The notes: generated from the sequence alone by a model not told the origin. Counted from the stretch's first letter, positions 11,125 to 24,985 are shown. The stretch: DNA of 64,000 nucleotides from Octopus vulgaris (GCA_951406725.2 OX597815.1:211668001-211732000); one strand, 5' to 3'. Numbers and translations: made by a program.

Positions 11125-13344
11125 TAATATACAAATTTTTTTGTTTTACCGAGTCAAATTTGAAATCTTTTACGTAATATTTTGCTATCATCTCCCAATG
11201 TTCTCGTTCGTGCAACCTAACACAATGTTATGAATCTTCCCTAAAAAACAACAAACTGAAGGTCTTTTACCCGCAAATAATTACGCAACGAACAATTAAG
11301 ATTTTATTTCACGATGACACTCAAGCTATGCATGCCGAAGAGATACGTAACCTTTTTAGCAGAAATATTGTTTACGAGTGAATGTCATGTAAAAATATAC
11401 TGATACCATCCTACAGTTTGTTTGTTTTTTATAAAAGTGTGAAATTGTGGGCAGAATGTGAAAGAGAGGGAGCAGAGAGATAGAAAGGAATAAGAGAGTA
11501 AAGCAAACCAGGTAGCAAGTGAGAGAGGAGAAGAGAAAGTGAGTGAGTGAGAGCAATTAGAGAGTAAAGCGTTGGAGGATTTGTTTGTGGTTAGACATGT
11601 ATACGTCTTGATTTTGAAAACGTTATTTCAAGATCTGCATGAAGAAAACTTGAAAGCGAATAATCAATGGAAAAGTAGGAAAGAAATTGTATAATCTTTC
11701 TGGAAAGAAAATGATAGAAATTGTGAGAGGGAAGGAAAGGAATAGACTATTTAGATGAAGAGAACAAGTAGAACAGTAACAGTGGCAGTTTAATAAAGAT
11801 AAAATGTCTTTGAGACACGGCTGGCAGATCGTAGTATTTTCTAAGTAACAAAACGGTTCGCAAAAGTAATTTGACTACATTCTAGTATATAAAATTTCTT
11901 AAACATAAATTGGCAAATGTTAACTGGAAACAAACAAGTTGAAGTAGTCGCTGGAAGCAAACACTCACTAAACATAGACACAAACAAACATAAACAGAGT
12001 TAGATAAGCATAGCTGGATGTAAAGAAACACAAGAGAAAACTGAAGTGTATATTAGATTACACAAACAACATTATGATTTCATTTTAATCGTCAAAACTG
12101 TAAAGCGAGTACAGACATATGACGTCTCGGAAACTTTATACTGAGTGAAAGGGGAGAGAAAATGGGTCTCAAGATGTAACAGTTAAGTTATTGTCTTCAG
12201 AAAGAATAAACTATGGCATCATATAACCCCAGCCCCAAATGTAAGGGTGATTGATTTCTGCTTAGTAGTTAGTTTTCCAAATACATCCATGTACCACTTT
12301 TGGAATATATAAATGTAGCACACATGTGGTCTCTCCACTAAAGTGTATGTAGGATGAGGCTGCTGAGTTAAGCATATCCACAAGAGACGTAGTACTGCAA
12401 GCTAAGGAAAAACCCGTCTATATTCGTGTTGCACTTTCAGTGCTTATGAAAAGCCAGGTAAACTATGCAACTGTATTATTAAGATTCGGCCTTATTTCAC
12501 TCCGACTGATGAGATGCACTCCCAAACATAAACGCAAGGTTTAAAGTGCAGTAATATATACAAATTTTGTATGATACAACAGAGATACTCTCATTCTTTT
12601 CTAATTCCCCGACATAAACGTTGTTTTAATATTTTGTCTGTGGGTAAATTTAGATGCTTCCAGTGAATTATGTGTATTTCTATTAACCACACACACACAC
12701 ACACACATACACACATACATATATATATATATATTAGTATGTGTGTGTGTGAGAGAGAGAGAGAAAAAAAAGAGAGAGAGGGAGGGAGAAACTGAGAGTG
12801 TGTTGTGAGTGTGATATGCAGAAGTCAACAATGCGAAGATTTTTGGGTTTTTTTATTTAAAATAACTGACATTCATTTTATGCTATCTCTATGTTGATAT
12901 TTCGAGCCCGCACTCCTTGCATATGATAAAGCATGTTTTAAAGACTGTTGGTAAAAGCATCGTATCCATTTATAAGTGAGTCAACCGGTAGCATGTGGTG
13001 TACTTTTGTGTACACACACACACACGCACACACACACACATATATATATATACATCTGATTCCTCCAACCTCACGGCCGGCAAATGGCCAAAATAGTTCA
13101 TAGTGGTTTCTGTGGTGAGACGAAACTTTTTTACGGGCGAGGAGTACTGATCCTACGCCCCCACTTCCTTCTTTCTCAACATGGCTTGAGACATACTATG
13201 ACAGAGTTACATACATACACACATACATACATACATACATATATTACATACATACATACATACACACATACATTAGGTAGACCGCCACTACCTAAAGCGA
13301 AAATAAGGCGGAAGAGGCTTAACATCAATCCAAAATACCTTTGA

Positions 13345-14178
13345 ATGTCGCATCATATCCCATCGGCAACATCTTTTAACCACCAAGTGTCGAGGTGCAT
13401 CCCTTTACCAAGTTTGCATACATGAGACTGATAACATCACAAGACTTGGAAGGCAGCTTCTTGAGCAACACTCTTTGTCTGATAACTTAGAAGTCGCACA
13501 ACTCTACCACAACGTATCATCAGATGAAAGGATGAGCCTATATGAGGAGAAGACTATGCATAGATATGTTACTAGAAAGCTCCATGATGATAGTAATATC
13601 GATCATCAAAGCAGTTTATCATGGACCAATAGCTGGATTACTACCTCCAACTTTGAAGGGTATACGTTTGCAATCCAGGAACAGGAAATATCAACCAAGT
13701 ACCTGATGCACAAAAGGGATAGAGATGCAGGAAAAGACGTAAGATGTGAAAACCGATGCAGACTTTGTGGAGTTCCCACTGAAGATATCACGCACATAAT
13801 AAGCAGTTGTCCGAAAAATGTCATCACAGTATTATCTACCGATGAGACATGATGTTGTAGCTAGGACACTCTATAATGAAATCCGTCGGAAGAATAATCC
13901 CGAGGACAAAGAAATAAGAACCCACAATATGGCAGAAGCCATATCCACTCATAATAAAAAGGAATACTGGTGGAATGGACCAGTGAAGACTTCAATAAAA
14001 TTTAAGGACAACGGACTTGATATAATGATTTGGGATGGAGAAGAGTTACTGTACACAGTTGTGGAAATTAGATGCCCAGCAAATGTTAGCATTAAGCTGA
14101 AGATCAGAGAAAAAGAGAAAACCTATGCTGAACTATTTAGAAATCTACAGTAATTCTATTCAGATTATAACATTAAAA
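13345..14178 (+). mobile_element. R4/Dong-like non-LTR retrotransposon 3' fragment (zinc knuckle and restriction-like endonuclease), frameshifted
   Basis: FAIQEQEISTK; CRLCGVPTEDITHIISSCP (CCHC); RHDVVA; decayed PD..E region LDIMIWD...VVEIRCP; ORFs 13475 and 13818 overlap in different frames. Confidence 0.88.
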
Positions 14179-14187
14179 ATCTGCGCA

Positions 14188-14779
<592 letters not shown>

Positions 14780-15039
14780 GGAGTAAACACATAAATGTGA
14801 AACAAGGTGGAAAAAAGAGTACTCAAATACCAGTGGTAGAGTAATATGCTTTATTTTAGCAGCAGAAAATTCAACAAAAGATTTTGTTGAATTTTCTGCT
14901 ATAAAATAAAGTATATATATATATATATATATGCATATATTTATATAGATAGAGAAAGAGAGAGGGAGAGAAAGAGAGAAAGAGGGAGAGAGGTATGCTG
15001 ATGCAAACGTGAAAAATAGAACTGAAAATATGAGTGTAT

Positions 15040-15240
15040 GCTTTTACTGGTTTCAGTCATTTGACTGCGGCCATGCCGGAGCACCGCCTTTAGTCGAACG
15101 AATCGTCCACAGGACTCATTCTTTGTAAGCCTAGTAATATTCTATCAGTTTCTTTTGCCGAACCGCTAGATAACGGGGACGTAAACAAACTAATATCGGC
15201 TGTCAAGCGATAGTTGGGGGACAAACACAGACACACAAAC
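15040..15240 (-). mobile_element. SINE-B 3' half
   Basis: GTCATTTGACTGCGGCCATGCCGGAGCACCGCCTTTAGTCG. Confidence 0.9.
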
Positions 15241-15259
15241 ATATATGTGTATTTTTACT

Positions 15260-15439
15260 AATATTTAGCAGAAGTAACTGAGTGACTCAAGGTTCGACAG
15301 TTTCGTGCGTTGGCACTTATCAAATATATTTATCGACAGCTATATATACTCACAGCTCTTCCACAGGTAAAGAGTCTGATAAATGCCAACTCACGAAATT
15401 ATCGGACCTTAAGTCACTCTGTACTTCTGCTAAATATTT
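15260..15439. mobile_element. Palindromic element with about 65-bp arms and a hammerhead-like core
   Basis: Ends AATATTTAGCAGAAGTA and TACTTCTGCTAAATATT; TGATAA-GTGC-CAAC-GCAC-GAAA-type core in the arms. Confidence 0.75.
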
Positions 15440-16114
15440 ATGTATGTATATATATATATATGTGTGCGTGCACACATACATATATATCTATAAACACAGA
15501 TACATACACACACATATACACATGCACATACACACACATACGTGTATATGTATGTATGAGTATATGTTTGTGAAATATTCATCAATGTCAGTGAAATAAC
15601 GTCACACACCACAAATTTACGGTTTCGGCTGTACTCCTACTTAAGGTGGAAGTCAACGGGAGAAATGAATGATTAATTGTGGATGACTATAATTTCCGTC
15701 TTCACTTCAAACAAGTTTTGAAAAATATAACTGTAACATATTTGTGGCTTACTCTTCTACGCCGCCGTTAGTGCTATATGTACTAAATACCCATGGAAAA
15801 TTTATGATCGTTTTTGAGTTCGGACTTATGTGTGTTTCCATGCGTGTGTAAGAGAGACACAGAGAGAAAGAGAAAGAGAGGTAGAGAGTGGGGGAAGGGC
15901 GAAAGTGAGAGACGAGGAAAGAGAGAAAGCGATTTTATTTGAAAAGTAATTGAGGGATATGTTAGACAAGCTTAGAAGGATTTTAAAAAATAATGAGCAC
16001 GTATATATACATACACTAGCATACATATTGACACATTGATTATAATATACACATTTACATACTTTGTCTCTCTCTCTCTCTATATATATATGTGTGTGTG
16101 TGTGTGCGCGTGTA

Positions 16115-16146
<32 letters not shown>

Positions 16147-16457
16147 TGTGTGTGTGTGTGTGTGTATGTACATATAATTTCAAAAACAATCAATTCAAAT
16201 AAACTAAGATTAACAGAGAAGTGGACGTACACAAGAAATGTATGAGCTTGACGTCCGGTGAAAAGAGATGTACACATACAATCCTGTGTTCACAAGTTAC
16301 GTTGTACTGGCTTTCCTAATCAACTAAATCAATTTTAATTCTATCCCACATTGCTTCATATAAACTATTTTGCTTCTAGAGACATATATGTGTGTGTTTA
16401 TGAGCATGTGTGTCGGTATAATTTTCTATAATTACATAGGGATTTATTATTATGTTT

Positions 16458-16489
<32 letters not shown>

Positions 16490-16558
16490 CATGTATATAT
16501 AGATATAGGTATAGATATATATAGATAGATATATACCCGCACATATATATATATATAC

Positions 16559-16592
<34 letters not shown>

Positions 16593-16642
16593 CATATATA
16601 TATAATGCTTATATAAATATATATATATATACAAATATATAT

Positions 16643-16703
<61 letters not shown>

Positions 16704-16716
16704 GCTTTACAAAGTT

Positions 16717-16887
16717 TGAAGTGAACAAGAAGGAGTACGGCTGGACATTTAGTTTTAATCACTACAATTGTTTTTACGCAACGTAGTTCTCCAGGCGTAC
16801 TGGCCTGGAGAACTATGTTGCGTAGAAACACTTGTAGTGATTAAAAAAAAAATAAATGTCCGACCGCACTCCTTCTTGTTCACTCCA
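16717..16887. mobile_element. Palindromic element with about 80-bp arms
   Basis: Ends GTGAACAAGAAGGAGT and ACTCCTTCTTGTTCAC; centre CTCCAGG-CGTACTGG-CCTGGAG. Confidence 0.85.
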
Positions 16888-17361
16888 ACATTTCTGAATC
16901 ATCTATTCTCACACGACAAACGCCTAAATGCAAACCTGGACGTACGTACAATACTACTACTGGATAGCACAGGGTGAAATCTGAAGGTGGACGAGCTTTA
17001 AACTGTACTCTGCAACGTTCTTAACAGAATATGCCAGAACTACACACACACACAAACACACACACACACACAAGCATATATATACATATGCAGAACATTT
17101 TCTTGCATGTTGTTGTGATATTTTTGATACTGCCTACTGGTATCAAATTAAGAGTAATATCCAGACGGACAATTTGTCTAAGATTAACTGATTAATAAAA
17201 GAGTTTGTGATAGTGTTAAACAAGTATAAAACTGCCAACTATAAAACTACTGTTTGCTTAACACATAAATCGCAATAATGTTCCCGACAGATTTCCGTAT
17301 GAAGTGAGGGTTAGGGGCAACGACAGCTAAACACGTTATATTTTTACCCGATATATATATA

Positions 17362-17623
17362 TGGCTGTGTGGTAAGTAACTTGCTTACCAGCCACATGTT
17401 TCCGGGTTCAGTTCTACTGTGTGCCACTTTGGGCAAGTGTCTTCTACTATAGCCTCGGGACAACTAAAGCCTTGTGAGCGGATTTGGTAGACGAAAACTG
17501 AAAGAAGCCTGTCGTATGTATGTATGTGTGTGTGTGTATGTATGTATTGCGTGTCTATGTTTGTTCCCGCCAACACCGCTTGACAACCGATACTGGTGTG
17601 TTTACGTCTCCGTAATTTAGCGT
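17362..17623 (+). mobile_element. 3'-truncated SINE-B
   Basis: TGGCTGTGTGGTAAG head through GTGTTTACGTCTCCGTAATTTAGCG. Confidence 0.9.
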
Positions 17624-17909
17624 AAATAATTATATTTTGTTAACAAAAGATTGCCGAAACTATGCATAGTCCAGAAAGGAGAGGGTAAACGTTTTTATTT
17701 CTCTTTCCATTTCAGAATTACAACTATTATTGGTTTGGAGTTTAACTGCTCTTTCTAGTGAGTCAGATGTCCTATTATGGCCATCTCTTACATGTTTGAA
17801 TGTATATTACATAGTCTATTGACTATTTTTTCTTTCTCACTTGACCACTGGTAGCGGAGAATTTTTCTAGAATTTTTTTGCTACCCTAAAATTTATTAAT
17901 TAATGATAA

Positions 17910-17954
<45 letters not shown>

Positions 17955-18241
17955 ATTTAACATAAAATATAAATTACTAAGTAGACAAGAACACAAGGAG
18001 ATGACACAAAAAAAACGATAGGTCACTCGAAGCCTCTGATCCTCAGTCGGGAACCGGATCATCTTAGTGATTTCGGCTGTTTAATCTCGATATCACTCCG
18101 AAACGGCCAGCTCCAAGGACACTCCAAGCATATATACATACATATGTATGTATATGTATGTATATATTTATATATATATATGCATCTATATATATATTCA
18201 TATTATATATACATAGCGAGAGAAAGAGAGAGAGAGAGAGT

Positions 18242-18273
<32 letters not shown>

Positions 18274-18311
18274 TTATGTGTGTACAGTATATATATATAT
18301 ATATATATATA

Positions 18312-18612
18312 TAACTTAGAATAACTTAGAAAGGTTTTGGCCAGTATTGGCCCAGGCCATGTCTAACTTAATAGCACCACCTGGCGAAGTCTTTCAGTTC
18401 AGGATTTGGGCACCAAGGCCCATTCGAGCAGAGAGTTATTGTTTGCGGAGACATATCCGGGTGTGGGTGGTTTGTCCGGTACTGTTTGAAGGAATTTGTC
18501 CAAAGACTTCTTGAATTTTGTGTGGTCAGTTTCTTTTTTGACGTGCCCTGGTGTAATGTTGAAGAGAGCGGGTCCAATTGAGGTGAAATTAATGCAAAAT
18601 ATGTTTTCCAAT
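18312..18612 (-). mobile_element. CR1-group LINE 3' end
   Basis: FTSIGPALFNITPGHVKKETDHTKFKKSLDKFLQTVPDKP C-terminal motif; tandem TTCTAAGTTA tail. Confidence 0.8.
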
Positions 18613-18779
18613 CTCTTGTTTTGATATATAATTACTCGGCAAAATATCTTTCAACCTTTATGCATTCTTCACACATATTTAGCAAAACATAGAAATTGGG
18701 GCACTGGAATAAGCAGTTGAGCTTGAAGAGGACTCACCCTCGATTAGAACACTATCTACACACTACATGTATTTATGTC

Positions 18780-18945
18780 TGTATGCATGTGTGTATGTAT
18801 GTATGTATGTATGTATGTATGTATGTATGTATGTATGTATGTATGTATGTATGTATGTATGTATGTGTGTGTGTATGTATGTATGTATGTCTGTATGTAT
18901 GTATGTATGTATGTATGTATGTATGTATGCATGTATGTACGTATG
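18780..18945. repeat. (TATG)n microsatellite
   Basis: Tetranucleotide run. Confidence 0.95.
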
Positions 18946-20084
18946 TACTTCAATTGATATCAATTTAGAGCTAGACGGATGCATTACCCATTTTGCTATT
19001 CCTTTTACATTGACATCTATTAAATTAAAATAATTTATGATTTAACTGTTCATCAACAAGATAATTATTTCATATTACGTTCACAACTAAAACAGAAATT
19101 CATGTTTTAAGCTTACCAGTCCACCGAACTGGATTCCACTTATTTTCCGTCTACACAGATCGATACATTTAAGTGTACTCTATACGAAACTAGTCTTAGT
19201 GAGTCCCTTGTTTTTCTCTGCACGACGATAATTTCACAGAGAAACAACATGCCTACATCTCCTCATTATGATACTGTGCTTATCACACAGCATTATATAA
19301 GAAAAATTAACTTTCAGAGTTTAGCCTACCCCATAAGAGACTAATCGTGCAGATTTCTCTTGTTTTCTCTGCAAGAAGGTATTTTTACAGAGCGAGAAAA
19401 TGTTTACATCTATTCATCATGATACAGGGTTGGCTAAAATCTGTAACTTGTTCTGCAGAATAACATTAAATTAAAGCGTTAAGCTTCAGATTTTGTTTTT
19501 CTATCGTTTTTGTGGATTATTTCCTTTCTTCCAATATTTGAATGAAACGGATGTTAATTATCATTTCAATAATTTCAATAATTGAGCAAGAATGAAATTT
19601 TCTTGCTTTTATTTCTTTCCTTTATAATAATTCTTTTTTCTTTTCATAATCCCCATTTCCTTTTATTTATTCTTTCCTTTATACTATTTTTTTTTCTTTT
19701 CATAGTTCCATTGAGTTAGTCATTGCTATTTGATCAAAAAATACCTTCCATTTTGTTTTTCTAACCTTCAATGTCTGTCAAACGTCACAAATAAGAATTT
19801 CTACCAAGTATCTTCGTGAAGTGTTTACGATCAGACTTTTATTAGAAACAGACACGGGCTTTCGAGGTGTTAAATCGATTTCATTTAATTAAATGCAATA
19901 ATGATTTCTATGATTTAATATTGTGTATTGGAAAAGGTTGGTCGCGATTTTTACTTTCAGCCAGTAATAATAATCAAGATAGCAAAAATAACAACACAAG
20001 CACCAACACCAACATTATCAGAAAATATGCTAAAGAATCGAACAGCAGAAGTTTTGTATTATTTTCACCCTCTCTTTCCGTTTT

Positions 20085-20303
20085 CCATTTCCCCCCCTCT
20101 CTCTCTCCCTCTCCCTCCCTTCCCCTCTCTCTCTCCCTCTCTGTTTCACACACACTTTTATCTCTTTCTCTCTATCTATCTATCCTACCTATCTATCTAT
20201 CTATCTATCTATCTCCCACTCCCTCTCTCTCCCTCTTTCCCCCTCTCTCTCATTCTCACGCGCACACTTTTCTGTCTTTCTATCTCGCACACTTTTCTCT
20301 CTT

Positions 20304-20374
<71 letters not shown>

Positions 20375-20430
20375 GTTTCTCTCTCTGTCTTTCTTTTTTT
20401 CTTTCTCTTTCTCTTTCTCCCTCTCTCGCT
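20085..20430. repeat. Compound (CT)n/(TATC)n microsatellite
   Basis: Pyrimidine-rich simple repeats. Confidence 0.9.
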
Positions 20431-21107
20431 CGTGCTTTTCCTATACTTGCATATTTTTGTCTGTCCCTGTATGTGTTTGTATGCGTATACATAGTATATA
20501 TATATATATATATGCATATATGTATGTGTGCGCGTATGTGAGTGAGTGTGTGTGTGTATGCATGTAATTATATACAGGCATGCACATATGTACATATATA
20601 TACTATGTATACGCATACTTATGTATGTGCATACGAGATGTACACACATACACACATGCATACATGCGTGCATACATACATAGACATACAATACACATAC
20701 ATATGTACATATTTGAATGAAAGAAAGAAAGAAAGAAAGAAAAAAAGAAAGAAAGTGAAGAGAGACAATGGTAGATGAAATGAAGAAAGCTACATCTGGC
20801 AACCATTATTGATATATTTTGTGCGATTTCTCACCAAGGCTAATCAACGAAAGGAAACTTTAATGACTTCGTTTTATCAACCAATTTGATAAACTATTTC
20901 TCACGGCTTAACAGTTTGAAACCCTCTACGTCCTTGGTGAGTCAGTTAAAAATAGCAGCCAGATGATGTAGTCCCTGGTTTAAAAAAAAAAATCTGATGG
21001 TCATGGCGAATTCGTCTGAATCGAATTCAGCTTCAGGTTAGCCCTGGGACTGAATGACAGCAACCACAAGGAAATAAATAATTCTGAACGCTGCAGTTGT
21101 GTAATAT

Positions 21108-21470
21108 CTATTTCTTTACTAACCACAAGGGGCTAAACACAGAGAGGACAAACAAGGACAGACAAACGGATTAAGTCGATTAGATCGACCCCAGTGCGTA
21201 ACTGGTACTTAATTTATCCATCTCGTTTCCATTGATGAAAGCATTCCAAGAACTCTTCTTGCGGAGTAGCTTCGTCGCATTCTGTTGGATTTCCTCGACA
21301 TCATGAAATCTTGCTGGAGGTCTTCCCCTGCCAAGACTGAACCTTGGTTCCAGTGTCATAGCCATAGATCCATGATTCACCACCTGTTATGACTGTTTTC
21401 AAAACGACCTCGGCGGAATTTGAACTCAGAACGTAACGGCAGACCAAATACGGCTACGCATTTTGCCCGC
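21108..21470 (-). mobile_element. SINE-A interrupted by a 194-bp inverted copy of nearby mariner DNA
   Basis: SINE 3' part at 21108-21218 and 5' part at 21405-21470 flank the insert. Confidence 0.9.
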
Positions 21471-21819
21471 CTTTAGTTGTGTCATATCGGCAATGAGAAA
21501 TATTCGGTATACAATTGTAAACTGTATAAGTGAGATACACAGGATGAGAAAGTAAGGGAGGAACAATAAGAACATTTACATTATACTATGTAGCTAGAGA
21601 ATGAATCTTTACGTGATAGTACGAACTACTTGAAATATCAGCTAAATGTTCTTTCAGTCGCTCCTGTCGTATTAGCATATGAGTTATTGAATAATGTAAT
21701 CTAGATAACGGGAAGATATCATCAGCTTGGACAAAGCTTGAATTCCCTTTCTTCATAGGTTTGCTCGGTCGGGGCTGGTTGAAACTAAACAACAATAACA
21801 ACATGAAATATTTTATAGA

Positions 21820-22671
21820 TATGAATTCAGATGAAAAAATGTATCAGGATTGTTGTGTATAGTCAATGAAACAGAAATAAAGTATGCAGTGTGAAGACGC
21901 TTGGCGCAGATTGACCTTGAACTCTGTCAAGTATACACACTAAGTTATAACGTTCTCTTTCACTTCCGTTGTTCATAGCAGTGCTTGAAAGTAAAGTGCA
22001 TAGAGTGGGGTTGTCGCAAAAGGAATGTCCGGTTTCAGTTACGCAGGAGCTGATTCGCGATGTCCCCCTCCCACCTCCACTTCCCAGCTGGTGCAAACGC
22101 ACGGGCGGACAGCTGAAGATCTGGGCCACGACGATAACGGAGGACCTATCCGAACTCTCAGGTCCGCAGGTGGTCGGTCTGCGCAGGTGGAACCGCGAAT
22201 GGCTCGCTATCTCCAGTAACCTCGCACAGGACCGTCGAGCGTGGACCGTCATGACTCGCGATGCCGTCAGGACCAGAGACGAAACCGGCTCAACCCGCCC
22301 TGGGTGAACGCCGTCACAAGTACGCCGGAGCTTCTTGATTGTGTCGAGGAAGGCGAAAACGTTTTGAAAACAGTCATAACAGGTGGTGAATCATGGATCT
22401 ATGGCTATGACACCGGAACCAAGGTTCAGTCTTGGCAGGGGAAGACCTACAGCAAGCTTTCATGATGTCGAGGAAATCCAACAGAATGCGACGAAGCTAC
22501 TCCGCAAGAAGAGTTCTTGGAATGCTTTCATCAATGGAAACGAGATGGATAAAGCGTATGGCTTCAGAAGGGGATTAATTAGGAGATTAAATGGCAAATT
22601 GATATGTGTTGTAGTTTTGGGTTTTTTTTTATAACAGCAGTCTCGATATTTTTTTGGTCAGATGTCGTGTA
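21820..22671 (+). mobile_element. Internally deleted mariner relic
   Basis: ELLDCVEEGENVLKTVITGGESWIYGYDTGTKVQSWQ (decayed TGDESW motif), then FHDVEEIQQNAT; weak TIR remnants, so ends are uncertain. Confidence 0.75.
22040..22322 (+). mobile_element. RTE-clade LINE 3' end inserted in the mariner relic
   Basis: PSWCKRTGGQLKIWATTITEDL...RRWNREW...LAQDRRAW..RDAV, ending CAAGTA. Confidence 0.85.
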
Positions 22672-22674
22672 TAT

Positions 22675-22709
<35 letters not shown>

Positions 22710-22711
<2 letters not shown>

Positions 22712-23086
22712 CGAGCAAAACGCCCTTCGTCCAATGGACGGTGCTGAGTTGTTAAACACTTAAACCAAATTTTCTCAAAACAACTTGTCCGACCGTCCCA
22801 TATGCCTTCCCTTTGAGAAACACTGATTTAACATGATTTTGAGACACCAGCAAAAGAAGAAATAAAGACAGACTTTTTTTCTATTCTAAGAAAAACGATT
22901 TTACAAATGCAGGTTCCCACGGCTTTATTGATCGCATTCTCACCTGGAATCGATTTTTGTAATTTCTTTTAAGACTTATACACGCCCTGATACCAAATAT
23001 CAAATTTGAGCACAATCGGATGGAGGATGCTCGAGATCCTAGAAGACACACACACAGACAGACAGAACGGATGTTATATAATAGAT
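22710..23086 (-). mobile_element. Non-autonomous Helitron-like element
   Basis: Minus-strand 5' TCTATTATATAA start, CCGATTGTGCTCAAATTT motif, 3' hairpin CCGTCCATTGGACG and CTCG end. Confidence 0.55.
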
Positions 23087-23094
23087 ATATAACT

Positions 23095-23402
23095 GGTACT
23101 CTGTCGATTACGACGACTAGGTTTCCGGTCGATCTGATCAACGGAACATTTTCTTCGTGAAATTAACATGCAAGTGGTTGAGCACTCTACAGACACTTGT
23201 ATCTTTGCCGTAGCTCTTAGAGGAATTCAGCATGACAAGACTGGTCCTTTGAAATGCACTTACTGCTCATTTTGCCAGCTGAGTGGACTGGAGCAACGTG
23301 AAATAAAGTGTCTTGACCAAGGACACAACCATCGCCAGAAATTGAACACACAACCTTGCGATTGTGAATCGAATATCCTAACCACTAAGCCATGCGCCTT
23401 CA
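23095..23402 (-). mobile_element. SINE with head D and tail X
   Basis: GCTGAGTGGACTGGAGCAACGTGAAAT shared with 60831-61080; tail shared with 49763-50140. Confidence 0.85.
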
Positions 23403-23502
23403 AACACACACACACACACACAGACAACCACACACGCGCGCGTGTGTGTGTGTGTATTATATAGTATGCATATGATATATATTATGTATGTATATATATA
23501 TG

Positions 23503-23790
23503 TGGAGGCGCAATAGCCCAGTGGTTAGGGCAGCGGACTCGCGGTTTCGATTCCTAGATCGAACGTTGTGTGTGTTTATTGAGCGAAAACACCTCAAATA
23601 AGCTCCACGATACTCCAACAGGGGGTGGTTTCGACCCCTGTTGTACTCTTTCGCCACAACTTTCTCTCGCCCTCTCTTCCTGTTTCTTGAGTAACGCTGC
23701 GATGGACTGGCGTCCCGTCCAGCTGGGGGGAACACATACGCCACAGAAACCGGGAAACCGGGCCCATGAGCCTGGCTAGGCTTGAAAACG
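23503..23790 (+). mobile_element. SINE with head C and tail V
   Basis: Head as 49763; tail GAGTAACGCTGCGATGGACTGGCGTCCCGTCCAG...GAGCCTGGCTAGGCTT shared with 60831. Confidence 0.9.
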
Positions 23791-23847
23791 GCGACGAGAC
23801 GAGATGTATATATATTATGTTTATATTATTTCATATGTACATGCGTA

Positions 23848-23909
<62 letters not shown>

Positions 23910-24794
23910 TACATAAACAGATAGGCTGATTTGTTTATTGGTTGATTGATTGGTGCATACTTAGATATAAGCGATTGCATTATCCTAAGTACTCATGACT
24001 AACTGATTCTTGGTTATGTGAAACTCCGAGTAACAGTTTGAGAAGTCTTTTCGGCTTCAGTATAACACTTGACAATCAGAGGTGATTTGTTTATGCTAGA
24101 GTAACTTAGCGGCAGAAGAAATACCAAACTGAGGTTGATTTGTTCGGCTAATCCCGTGAAGGCGGTGCCGCAGCTTCGTCGGAGTCCAATAATTTGAATA
24201 ATAATAGAATATAAGAATAACGGTATACATATTTTGATAAACTTGTGTGGGCAAAAGAGGCATGGCTGATAATTTGTGCAGAACATCTAAGACTAATGAG
24301 ATTGCCTAACCTTGCGCAATGTCCACAATAAAATCTTGTTTGAGAAGTGAAGTGTGACAGCAATCAGAATAAGTCTAGTCTCTATTCTGATTGCTGACAA
24401 TGGAATGAACTCTGCTAAAGGCGCAAAAAGACTAGACGCTGTTGATAAATGTGTGACGAATTATATCGCAGTAATTGTGCTTTGGTAAGTCGTGAGACGA
24501 ATCTTTAACGAGTTTGTGCAATGAATAATTAACATTTGTTATGATTGACAATGTTGCAGACGACAATAAGTAAATTGTGTATTTAACTACTGTGCTTGTA
24601 CTGATATTGTCTTCATATAGGAAACAAAACATGATGATGGTGGTCGTGGTGGTGGTCGTTGTCGTCGTCGTCGTGTTGTTGACGTATTTTTGTCAATGTC
24701 TACGTTTTAAGTATTAATGAAAATTGCTCACAAAGAGAACAAGGGAGAACACTTCAAAAATTTCAGATGACTGATAATTCAGTGGAGGTATGCA

Positions 24795-24984
24795 CAGGCG
24801 CAGGAATGGATTGTGGATATGTGTGCAGATGTGGCTGTGTGGTAAGAAGATTGCTTCCCAACCACATCGTTCCAGGTTCAGTCCCTCAGCGTGACACTTT
24901 GGCCAAGTGTCTTCTGGTATAGCCTCGGGTCGACCAAATCCAAGTGAGTGGACTTGGTAGACGGAAACTGAAAGAAGCCCGTCG

Positions 24985-24985
<1 letters not shown>
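24795..24985 (+). mobile_element. SINE-B 5' half
   Basis: GTGGCTGTGTGGTAAG...GGAAACTGAAAGAAGCCCGTCG followed by (TA)(TG)n. Confidence 0.9.

Noticed and set aside
19867-20541. 224-aa ORF
   Set aside because: Mostly CT/TATC microsatellite; the unique part shows no recognisable domain
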